From the NCBI GenBank assembly GCA_000320545.1, contig ADNK01002618.1, positions 82,093-146,092 on the forward strand: a stretch of DNA of 64,000 bases, given 5' to 3'. Below, in pieces: positions 42,448 through 52,909 of this stretch. The notes under the pieces were generated by a model that had not been told where the DNA came from, did not search any database, and saw nothing but the letters and a program-made list of their open reading frames with translations. How positions within the stretch are numbered: position 1 is the first letter of the stretch; each line of letters opens with the position of its first letter. The stretch is from Bigelowiella natans CCMP2755 (Eukaryota > Protista > Cercozoa). The translations under genes and the position numbers were made by a program.

Positions 42448-43189
42448 AGAGAGAGAGAGAGGGAGAGAGGGAGGGAGAAAGGGGGGGGGGGGGAAGCGCG
42501 GGGTAGGTCATTCCTCAATACTTTACTGGACGACAAAGTGCTTACATGAATGTATACCCAATTCTTAGGTATAACGCGGTCCCAAGCAAAGTAAAGTTTA
42601 AGCAGAAATCTTTTTATGCGAATCGATTTGTCAATATGAAGCGATTCTGAGTTCAAATTAATAGCCAGCGACCAGTACATTGTTAGTAAGCAGCATTAAG
42701 TCTCGCGAGTGTTGTTAATTTTTTACAACATATGACACTCAAAGCTGCACTGCCTCTCAAGTATGCGCACCTAGTACAATAACTTGCTGAAAAGCATTGT
42801 GTCATGCCTTTTCCGTGCGTTGATGAGCCAATGGCTTCAAAAATGCTCTCCGGTGGCAGTTGCTGGTCCTTGCTGTCATCATTCGTGTCTTCCATTTGTA
42901 GCTCGCATCTGCAAACACGCGCACGTGGCGACACGCCACGCACATGTAAGAATCATGGTTGCCTTGTTGTTGCTCTAATCATGCACGCACAGGCTCACAG
43001 CAATGCATCTCCGGAACCCAATGTGCACATGCACGCAGCGCAAGTTCACAACAGTCATCAGAATTCAAACAGACGCAGAACTGCGTGTTGACTCTTGGTG
43101 ACATCAACAACAGTCCCGCGCAAAAAGCTGAGCAGCCACCGCAAGCCCGCTGAAAGGTCATGAGCCTCAACAGACCCCACCATTCGGAC

Positions 43190-43500
43190 CTTGGATTCGG
43201 CCAAGAACAAGATTTTGGCATGCTTGGACCTCCATTCTGTTGACAAAAAGGACTTGGGGGAGGTCAGGTCGGCGGCCGCCTTCGCTGTGGAGTTCTTGGG
43301 CAGGCTAGCAGGTGCCACCGATGTGGGAAAACAGGCCACAAACGCCGAGACTGCCCGTTCAAGAAAAAGTCGGAGGACCGGGATTCGAAAGGAAAACCGG
43401 AAAAATCCGAGAAGGGAAATTGTTGGCAAGCCGAGTTTTTCGCGGGCTTCCAAATCCGATTTCAAGGCCGTCAAATTCTCAAACTTGGTGGATCGTGGGG
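43190..43500 (+). mobile_element. LTR-retrotransposon (Copia-like) gag relic with zinc knuckle
   Basis: CHRCGKTGHKRRDCP (CX2CX4HX4C) at 43313-43357, preceded by AAAFAVEFLGR and followed, after a frameshift, by a WWIV protease-start-like motif. Confidence 0.75.
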
Positions 43501-44291
43501 ATGGGCAATCTTCGAAATGGGCTTTTGGGAACACCTTTGAGTCCTTGCAACGAGTGTTGTTGAGGCTCGTGCACATTGCATGGCCACACATTGCACAGCC
43601 ACACATTGGATGCATGGAATGCCAACATTGAACAAACTTGAACACTTCATCACATCCGTCTCGTGCACACACCAGTCTGCCACTGATTCTGATGTGAATC
43701 ATTGCGAGCTCACTTGCGCCAAACGAAGTGTGTCATTGCTGCTTGATCGTGTGAATTTTGCAACAAGTGCAAGCACGTGCAGATTGCAAAACGTGGAAAA
43801 GAACTTGGTGAACATCCTGCCAATCATCACAATCCAGCAACGCCAAATCTCAAAAAAAGCCGCTTTCATCAACGCTTGTGCATGTGTGCTCTCGTGTGGC
43901 ATCATTCATCTGTGCTCGTGTCGCTGCGTCGGTGACGGATCCGCACTTTCAGCAGTTTTCAACTTTTCCGCTTCCCTGCCCGTGTGTGTGCACATGCATG
44001 TGCACGTGTGCAACAACCTTGTGAGCTTTTGCCGCTTGCGTCTCATCCTCGCTTTCTCTGCCATTTTTTCTCTGTTTTTCCTGTTTGAATGAAAACTCAC
44101 AAGTTGCACACCTTCACACAAGCAATGAATCATCAGATGATCGTGAGATCCAACATCCACTGCAACCAACACACGTTCACCATCGCCATCATCATTGTCG
44201 TCATCACTGCCTTCTGCACTTTTCCTTGCTGCGCTTCCGAGCTTCTGTCCTCACCTTCTTCTTCAACTCAACACCTGACTGCGAACACACG

Positions 44292-44325
<34 letters not shown>

Positions 44326-45400
44326 TCCGTCTCCGCCTTGCCGCGCACATTCTTTACTTTCAGAGCCTCTGCTGACTCCAATCTTGCTTTCATGGCCTCT
44401 GCTGACTCCAATCTTGGGCTCTCTCGTTCTTCTCCACAAGGCCTTTCACGAAGGCACACGTGCTCTCAGCCGGATCCCCAAACTCATCCATGTGCAAAAG
44501 CGGAAGCGGTTGTGCATGCTGGCATGCCCCAATGACCTCTCTGATGATGCAGTTTTCTTGGTCATCAGTCACGAAGTGAATTTTGCACGTTTTTGGGGCA
44601 AAGTGTGAAACAGCTGCAACGAATCGCCAGAACTTGCACTTGGAAGCTTTTGCGCGCGACCAAGCGCGTTGTGTGATGTGATGGACATTGGATTTCACAA
44701 CTGCATCAAGTGTGCAACGAATGGCATGAACTTTCAATTGAGGGTCATTTTGTGCACACCTGCGCGCCCACGCGCGCCCAGGTGCATGCTTCACAATGGA
44801 CATGGTGACATCGATCGTGCGTGTGCTGAAACTTCGCACGTCCATGAAGCCAGTGTGCACGCACCCTCATGAGCTTGCAAAACTTGTGGCACGCAAATGC
44901 AAATGCGCCAGCGTGTTCAAAAGTGGCAAGAATTTTTCAATTTTCGCCCACTGGCAGGCGTTGAAAAGTGAGGTTTTCAAGCTGAAACTCGAAAAAAAAA
45001 ATCAAACTTGAACCTCAAACAGGCTCCAGTGTGCTTCCAATGTCCAATTGCAACGATTGAGCGCGCCAGGCCGCACGCGCAAAGCACAGTTTGTTCAAAA
45101 CCCACTCGTTGCCGGGATTGATGCAGTCATTGTGTTGCTCGCATTTCTTTGAAATTTTTCGTGCATGTCACACTTGGTCAAACACACGCGCAAAAGCATT
45201 CGAAGAGTGCAGAGAACAAACGCGCAGCGTGCATCCTCCACACAACGGGTGTGAATTTTCACACTTTGCGCGCTCACTGAGGCCTTGAAAATGGACGTTT
45301 GGGTCAACACTTCGGTCACTTCACATGACAAGTTCTGATGACCTTTCTTTGACCAACTGCAACTGCCTGCTGCTTCAAAGCGCTGCACTGTTCACAACCC
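43500..45400 (-). mobile_element. Degenerate Mutator-like (MULE) transposase relic
   Basis: SWIM-like KCSSLFNVGIPCIQCVAV (~43590-43650) and a possible N-terminal HTRCVEDARCAFVL zinc/WRKY-like block (~45210-45270). Broken by stops and frameshifts. Confidence 0.4.
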
Positions 45401-45892
45401 CGTCGTCACCGGGTTTGACGGAGCTGTGGAACAACACGTGCATGTGTGTGATCGTGTGTGTGTGTGTGTGTGTGAGTGTTTGATGTGTGCATGTTTTTTC
45501 GTGTGTGTTGGATGACGCTGTGCACACATTTCGTTCGGCAGACTTGTTTGCCGGCATGCGGATGCGTGGATGCGGAGCGTCGGTGTCATGGTGTGGGGGT
45601 GAGAGGGTTGTGTGGGTGCGAGAGAGACTGGTCATCTTCCACTTTGGGGGAAAATCATGTGAAAGCTCAGAAAACAACGGGAAAACAACTGCAGGCATTG
45701 TGATGACATTCTCCGACTCCGTGTGATGCCCAGGCATTTTTGGTGCATGAATCCCATTCAAAGAAAAGATCTGGACAGTTTTTCTTAGATGTTTTTCGAT
45801 GCAAGATTCCCCATTCCACGAAAAAGAAACCATGTGAAAAGTCACATGTCACCCTGTTCTGAATCGATCTGTCGTTCAACGTGAAAGTTGCA

Positions 45893-45928
45893 TGTCACCC
45901 GTTTTTGGGTGACAAACAAGAAACAAAC
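45893..45928 (+). other. 8-bp-stem hairpin plus A-rich tail at the edge of the mutated tract
   Basis: tgtcaccc-gttttt-gggtgaca followed by aacaagaaacaaac. TA-normal sequence resumes right after. Confidence 0.55.
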
Positions 45929-46113
45929 TTGCGGTAACTACTTCGGATGTTTGCACTGCAACAGAATAGCATTTTCCATCTACGACAATCCATGCATGCC
46001 TAAAGCAAGCATTAGCAGATGATGCCGACAATGGCCCACATTCAGATCGCGACATGATTTAATCACAGACGCAAGGGAGAATTCACCGTGCATTTCCAAA
46101 TGATTCTTCCCAG

Positions 46114-48122
46114 AAGTCAGCGATCGTGAAGTACCTCATTGACATGGAGGCAAACATTGAGGCGAAAGACGACAACGGTGGGTACCAATGCCAGCACTTA
46201 GGCAGCAGTTGGAGAAGATGTTACACAATTTGAAATGATTACATGACAATGCATTAGGTCATACTCCTTTGATCGCGGGTTGCTGTGAAGGTAATTTTGA
46301 GATCGTGAAGTCCCTGGTCAACATGAAGGCAAACATTGAGGCGAAAAACAAGAATGGTGGGTACCAATGCTAGCATTTAGGCAGCAGTTGTAGAAGATGT
46401 TACATGCTTTCAACTAATTACATAATAATGCATTAGGTGATACTCCATTGATCGCGGCTTGCAGACACGGTAATTTTAGGATCGTAAAGTACCTGGTGAA
46501 CATGAAGGCAAACATTGAGGCGAAAGGCGAAGACGGTGTGTACCAATGCTAGCATTTAGGCAGCAGTTGTAGAAGATGTTACATGCTTTCAACTAATTAC
46601 ATAATAATGCATTAGGTGATACTCCGTTGCTCGCGGGTTCCCAAATGGGTAATTTTGAGCTCGTAAAGTACCTGGTTAACATGAAGGCAAACATTGAGGC
46701 GAAAAACAAGAATGGTGGGTACCAATGCTAGCATTTAGGCAGCAGTTGTGGAAAATGTTACATGCTTTCAACTGATTACAAAATAATGCATTAGGTGATA
46801 CTCCGTTTATGGTGGGTTGCTGTGAGGGTAATTTTGAGATCGCAAAGTACCTCATTGACATGGAGGCAAACATTGAGGCGAAAGACGACAACGGTGGGTA
46901 CCAATGCTAGCATTTAGGCAGCAGTTGTAGAAGATGTTACACACTTTCAACTAATTACATAACAATGCATTAGGTGATACTCCATTGATCGCGGCTTGCA
47001 GACACGGTAATTTTAGGATCGTAAAGTATCTGGTGAACATGAAGGCAAACATTGAGGCGAAAGGCGAAGACGGTGTGTACCAATGCTAGCATTTAGGCAG
47101 CAGTTGTAGAAGATGTTACACACTTTCAACTGATTACATAACGATGCATTAGGTCATACTCCGTTGCTCGCGTGTTCCCAAATGACTGAATTTGAGATCG
47201 TAAAGTACCTGGTTGACATGAAGGCAAACATTGAGGCGAAAGACGACAACGGTGGGTACCAATGCTAGCACTTAGGCAGCAGTTATGGAAGATGTTACAT
47301 GCTTTCAACTAATTACACAACGATGCATTAGGTGATGCTCCGTTGATGTACGGCATCAAACTGGTTGATTCTTGGATCGTGAAGTACCTTATTGACATGA
47401 AGGCAAACATTGAGGCGATAGGCAGATACGGTGGGTACCAATGCTAGCATTTAGGCAGCAGTTGGAGAAAATGTTACATAATTTGAAATGATTACATGAT
47501 GATGCATTAGGTCATACTCCGTTGATCATGGGTTCCATGAAGGGTAATTTAAAGATCGTGAAGTCCCTGGTTAACATGAAGGCAAACATTGAGGGGGAAA
47601 ACAAAGAGCACGGTGGGTACCAATGCTAGAAGATGTTACATGATTTGAAATGATTACATAACAATGCATTAGGTGATACTCCGTTGATTTGGGGTTGCTC
47701 TAAGGGACATTTTGGGATCGTAAAGTACCTGATTGATATGAAGGCAAACATTGAGGCTGAAAACAACCACGGTGGGTACCAATGCTAGCATTTAGGCAGT
47801 AGCTGTGGAAGATATTAATATGAAATGATTACATAACAATGCATTAGGTTGTACCCCGTTGATCGCGGCTTGCACAAACGATAATTTTAGGATCGTAAAG
47901 TACCTGGTTAACATGAAAGCAAACATTGAGGCTGAAAATAGAAATGGGGACACTCCCTATGGCTTGACAAACGATGATGAAATCAAAATCTTCATCAAAC
48001 AAGATTGCATTGAGCGACGGGCCCAGGTGTTCTACAGAGACTTGAGGGAATTGCACATGTTGAGCACGGAATTGAAGCGAGGGCTGGGGGCGGAATTGGT
48101 TGCCATGAGCTCGAAAAAATAG
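46114..48122 (+). CDS. Ankyrin-repeat protein, one 33-aa repeat per exon (5' end not identified)
   Basis: Exons 46258-46356, 46437-46535, 46616-46714, 46795-46893, 46974-47072, 47153-47251, 47332-47430, 47511-47612, 47673-47771 and 47848-48122. All introns are phase-1 GT..AG with no in-frame stops after splicing. Consensus G(D/H)TPLxxxxxxGNFxIVKYLVNMKANIEAKxxx. Confidence 0.93.
46122..47945 (+). repeat. Tandem array of ~10 x 179-bp units (99-nt exon + 80-nt intron)
   Basis: Repeating gtgggtaccaatgctagcatttaggcagcagttg..ttacataataatgcattag intron and atgaaggcaaacattgaggcg exon core at a 179-nt period. One intron is shortened to 60 nt and one exon lengthened to 102 nt. Confidence 0.97.
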
Positions 48123-48174
48123 ACACACACAGGAGCAGATGCGCGTAATCTACAAGGTGGGCGGCCTTAGCTTC

Positions 48175-50110
48175 ACATTGTCCTGTTGCCAATGTGAAGA
48201 ACTGAGCAGATGCAATGTTTGCTCATGAGGTGTTGTTTGAAAATCAGCATTTTTTGTGCATTCACACACATCACAGCATGTTGTGAAAAGGCCTTTGGAT
48301 GTGCTTTGGCGGCATCTGCAAATGACGTTGTGCCCAAAAGTTTTTCATTGTGTGTCCCATCTTCGATTTTCTGTGTCATCTTGGTTGAAGCTGTTTCGCA
48401 AGATCCATTTTTCATGAATGCACATTGATGTTTGCTGGTGTTTTCCGGTGGGATTGCTTCACGGAAGCGAAGTTCGATCAGTTTGTCTTCAACTTTTGAA
48501 GCCATTTGGAGGAGGGAGGTGTGTGTTGTGGTTTGCTGTGCTGGCTGTGGCGCGTGTTTGCGATCAGGACACGCACGTGTGTTGCTCGATCGTGCATGGT
48601 CGCATGCGTCATTCTCACAATCACGTGTGCGAAACCTGGCTTGGAACGTGTCGTCTCAACCGTTCCAACGCGAAACGCACTGACGTGGTCACAGGGTGCA
48701 CATCCAGAGATCCACGATGTGAGTGCACGTGTTGTCAGAGACAACGTGTGCACGGTCTCCAGGACACAGCACAAATCAATGCGCACTCTGGCAACAGTTT
48801 TGCCCCTCGTGTGGCTGCACAGCTCCTGTGGCTTTGTGCACTGCAAACATCGTCCTGCTGCGTGCAAATGCCTGTCTCCCATGTGGTTCTGGCGTTCTGG
48901 CGCATGCAGTTTTGATCAACGCTTTCTTCATTGTTCATTGTTCATTGTTCATTGTGGTGTCTCACGGGACAAGCCAAGAAATCGAAGATGGCATCTCTGA
49001 TGGTGACAACAAAACCCTGGTGTTTTTGGACAATGCTTGTTCTTGTCACACTTTTCCCGCTTCCTTTCGTGACAGGCTGTCCAACTTCACCAGCTGCGAT
49101 CAACTGGTGAATCCAGCTGGTGGAAAATCGATGAGAATTGCGGGATGCGGTGATTTGGGGATCCTCAAATCGGCACACGTCGCTGATGACTTCAAGTGCC
49201 CGTTGATTTCTCTTGGACAACTCCATGCGGAGGGGCACAATTGCACCACCATGGATCCGAAGTTTGATCCAGTGGTCTTTGGTCCTGACATGGCAAACGA
49301 ACACTTGAGGTTGTGAAGACTCCAAACAACACGTTGCCGGTGACATGGGATTTCGATCTTGACTGTTCTTTGTCTTCTCCGACTGCTGCAAGGGGTCACC
49401 GTGCGCACTTGGGGGCATCGGCCAACAGAGTCGAACACCTCCACAAACTGACTGGTCATGCCAACGTGCGAACTGTCCGATTGATGTGCAACAAAGGGGC
49501 CTTTGGGGACATCAAGGTGCCAGATTCGCATTGGAAGAACGTGCGCATCTGCACAGCACGTGCACGGGCCAAATCGAACGAACTTCCTTGTCCCCTGAAA
49601 GGGGACCGTGCACCCAGAATGCCTTTCGAGTGTGTTGGCTTTGATTTCTGTGGGGCCACAAAGCCAAAGACACCGGAGGGATGTGCTCACTTTCTTCTGT
49701 TTGTTGATCTGTTCAGCAAAGTGTGCTTCCCCCACCCAACGAAGTCCAGATCTGACTTCCCAGATGAACTCCAGGAGTTTGTTGGAATGGTGGAAGCGTC
49801 TGATTTCCGGATTGCGAAGATCTCTGCTTTCTTGCACGACAACGCTCCCGAGTTTCCATCGGCTGAGGTGAAAGCCATCTGTGGAGAGCACAAGATCGGC
49901 CAAGGGATGACCATGCCCCATTCATCCATCCAGAACCCAGCAGAACGATTTGTTCACACTGGTGCGGCCACGGGTGGGGCTGCTGTCTTGGATTGTGGGC
50001 TTCCTGCCTCACTTTGGGCAGCAGACCACCACACCATGCCCCACATTTCATTTCTCATCTGCCGTCAGCAGGTGCATGTGCGAGCAGCACGTTTCGTGAT
50101 GCGGCAGTGA
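48175..50110. other. TpA-free tract
   Basis: No TA seen by eye over ~1.9 kb. ORFs of 197, 265 and 273 aa in this interval contain no Tyr. Confidence 0.92.
48960..50050 (+). mobile_element. Ty1/copia pol relic (protease, GAG-pre-integrase, integrase core)
   Basis: LVFLDNACSCH (protease), LISLGQL, HLHKLTGH..CTAR (HHCC), PFECVGFDFCG..G-CAHFLLFVDLFSK, LHDNAPEF and PHSSIQNPAER. The protease-then-integrase order is Copia-type. Confidence 0.88.
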
Positions 50111-51449
50111 TGTTACCCACATCATCTGCGACCACGATGCATGGCATGCGCAGCAAGTGTGTGAGTCGATAGCTAATTGAGCTGTTTGGATTGCTACGCA
50201 TCACAAGTGAATGTGCAAAATTGGGCATTTTGTGCCGAGCTAGCGGGGTGGTGAGATGCTTGCGCGTGACTGAGCTAGTAAGTTTTGACCAACATTCTTG
50301 CTATGGCTTCCTCACTGAATGGCACTGGAACGTTAGGAATTCCTTTGTGTTGAAGCACCCATGTTGCCCGATGTATCACGTTATTAGACCAAACGAACGA
50401 ACCATCCATCCATATTGTTTGCATGCGGTGGAAGAAACTAATCAACTGTCCGAGTCATCAAGTACGTTGCCTTCCCCTCAAGAGAGAAGAAATGGGTGTT
50501 GAATAGAATAGTGAATTCGAGGCCAATATCAGAGTTGAAAAAAGAAAACAGTCGTCAGATGTTCCATTTCACTGCTTATGCCCCGCTGCGCATACGTCTG
50601 GAATGGAGCTGGAAGCTTGACAGTTATACCCCCCCCCCCCCCTAGAGGGCAGGTGTCTGTATCCAAAGCCACAATAACGCCATCACTCACTCTCTGTGTC
50701 GCTCGTTTGGGGGGGGGAGAAGATCCCAAATCTCCACACGCATTTACTAAAACGAATGTGTTCACAATCTCTTCTCAATTCCTTCCTTTCTTCCTAATAA
50801 CCGCACTGGAAGTTAAGTGCATGAAGAGCTGTGGAGACAGTTTTGCCCAACATGACTGACCAACTTTTTTTAATCTATGGAAGTTTGTAGTTAAGTGATT
50901 CCTCATCTCCATCTTTCAGCAGCAGGCACTCCTTCCCCCTCCCCGTGCCTATCATGTTTTCTTTTGGCAAGTTCATAAGGAATGGTCGCCCAACTGTCAA
51001 CTGCGGAGACGGTAGGATCCTGGCGCGTCGCGGCAAGTGTGGACCGGGGGAAGACAGATGAAAAGGGAGAAGAAATAGGTCACACTATTGAGTAGCAGCC
51101 GCCCTTCGGCACGGCAATGGATTCGAGTCTCTTGTGCTGAATGAGCGTTACGATGTGGTAACTGGAGCTCGGGCTGATATGCTGGTTGTGGGTGTAGTAT
51201 GCTGCTGTGGCGCTTGTGAATTTGTAAGTGCGACAAAGAAATTTACGGAAAATCGGTAAGAATCGGGAAATGATCGATGCAAAAAGATGCACAAATAAAA
51301 CATCGGCTCCCCGGAATGAACACTGTGCATGCAAGCCTCCTCGTCCTCCTCTCTCGTGCTGTTTGTTGATGCTTCTCATCAGGGATGGATCCTTCTCTCA
51401 TTGTGTTTAGCATAGCAGCCGCCGCCTTATTGTCCTTCCTCGTAGCACT

Positions 51450-52702
51450 ATGTGTTATCGCCTCGGGCTGCTGTCGGAGCCTACCGCTAGGAAACATTTT
51501 AAGGTGGGAATAGGCGCCATCCACACAGTAAATCTCTCTAGATGTCGCCGAAGTACGTTGAAAAGCAGTGGCGATCGCACTCCCCTCCCATCCACATCTT
51601 CCCCTCTTTTTAAGATCGTCTGTGAAATTAGACAACCGAGATTCCGTGACGCTGACATACCAGATCTGACGGGGAAGACTGCTCTGGTGACAGGAGCTTC
51701 TTCAGGTTTGCAGCGGAGGAGGGGAAATTCCATGATTATGATTGTGAATTGGGCATCACGCAGGATGAGATTGAAGCTGGAAGAAGAAGATGATGATGAA
51801 GATGATGAAGAAGAAGATGATGATGAAGATGATGAAGAAGAAGATGATGGTGAAGAAGAAGAAGAAGAAGAAGAAGAAGAAGAAGAAGAAACAGCATACC
51901 AAATAACAATCCAAAAATCAGAATTTTGTTGTTCTCCGTCCTTCCTTCCCAACGATGGCTCCATCATGTTACAAGCAACCACTACATTCCTCACTAAATA
52001 TTTTTAACTCCCTCTCCTTCCAAAAAAAGGATTAGGGCGGTCGACAGCGATAAAATTGGCCATTCATGGAGCACATGTAAATGTTTATTCTTGTTGTATT
52101 GAAAAAACTTTAGATAATTAACTAATTTTCAATTTACTCGATGGATCATTCGAATAACCTGATATATTTAAAAACAATATGTCTAAAGATGCAGTTCCTG
52201 TAGTATAGTCGGTAAGAATAACCAAGCAAGAGTATTTCTCTCTACTATGCATTGTGTCTCAGGTGATCCTTGCATGTAGAAGTGAGTTGAAAGGGCTTCA
52301 AGTTCTCGATGATATTAAAAAAGCGAAGAGAAATAACCGCCACAGCAACTTATCCTCATCCGGGAAGTGCGAAGGTTATGATCCCTGCTCCTAAGCACCC
52401 CTCGCCCCTAACATAGAGTATTTTGTAGTCGTACAGATCGATCTCTCGAGCCTTCAGTCAGTCAAACATTGTGCAGATATGGTGAGGAAGCTATGTGTGA
52501 AACGGGGAGAGGGTCAGCTTGACATCTTGATTCTCAACGCAGGGTATTTGAACCTCTATGTTCTATGCTATTTGTCGTACTATCGTTGCTGTGTTCTTGT
52601 TTGATATTGACCCCCCTCTCCCCCCTTCCAGGAGAAGTGCCCCTGCGAAGCCTACAGTATCAAGCGACGGGATAGAAACGACATTTCAAGAAAATTACTT
52701 AG

Positions 52703-52734
<32 letters not shown>

Positions 52735-52819
52735 ATATTATGCCTAAGTATTATGAAAAGAGCAAAAATACCGGAAGTTAGTGTGTGCACGTACTGAAAT
52801 CGGGAACCTTGATGTGAAC

Positions 52820-52909
<90 letters not shown>

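Larger units (their letters stand above)
42780..45930. other. Largest TpA-depleted tract (nested transposon relics)
   Basis: From ~43000 to 45930 only a handful of TAs are visible (e.g. ~43306 ctag, ~44355, ~45786). CpG and ApT are abundant. Confidence 0.92.

Noticed and set aside
46122-47945. CRISPR-like repeat/spacer array
   Set aside because: The unit is 179 bp, consists of a GT-AG intron plus an ankyrin exon, has no unique spacers or cas genes, and the context is eukaryotic.
43190-50050. gag (43.2 kb) and pol (49 kb) as one Copia element that captured the ankyrin gene
   Set aside because: Both fragments appear to include their own protease start, and no LTR pair or TSD was found. Not excluded, but unsupported.
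42683-50110. Dense overlapping ORFs in all six frames, suggesting overlapping genes
   Set aside because: Loss of TA removes TAA and TAG on both strands, so long frames arise trivially. They are Tyr-free and Cys/His-rich.
48175-50110. Classical RIP or CpG-methylation decay as the cause
   Set aside because: Those processes deplete CpA/CpG and raise TpA. The opposite is seen here.
48723-50110. Alternative genetic code or Tyr-avoiding protein
   Set aside because: TA is absent in all frames and in non-coding parts, and neighbouring genes use Tyr, TAA and TAG normally.
50500-51330. Possible minus-strand gene upstream of the SDR
   Set aside because: No recognisable motifs or consistent splice model.
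51385-51503. Programmed frameshift between a hydrophobic leader (MDPSLIVFSIAAAALLSFLVAL) and the SDR frame
   Set aside because: There is no slippery site. A sequencing indel, an alternative splice site or a start at 51450 is simpler.
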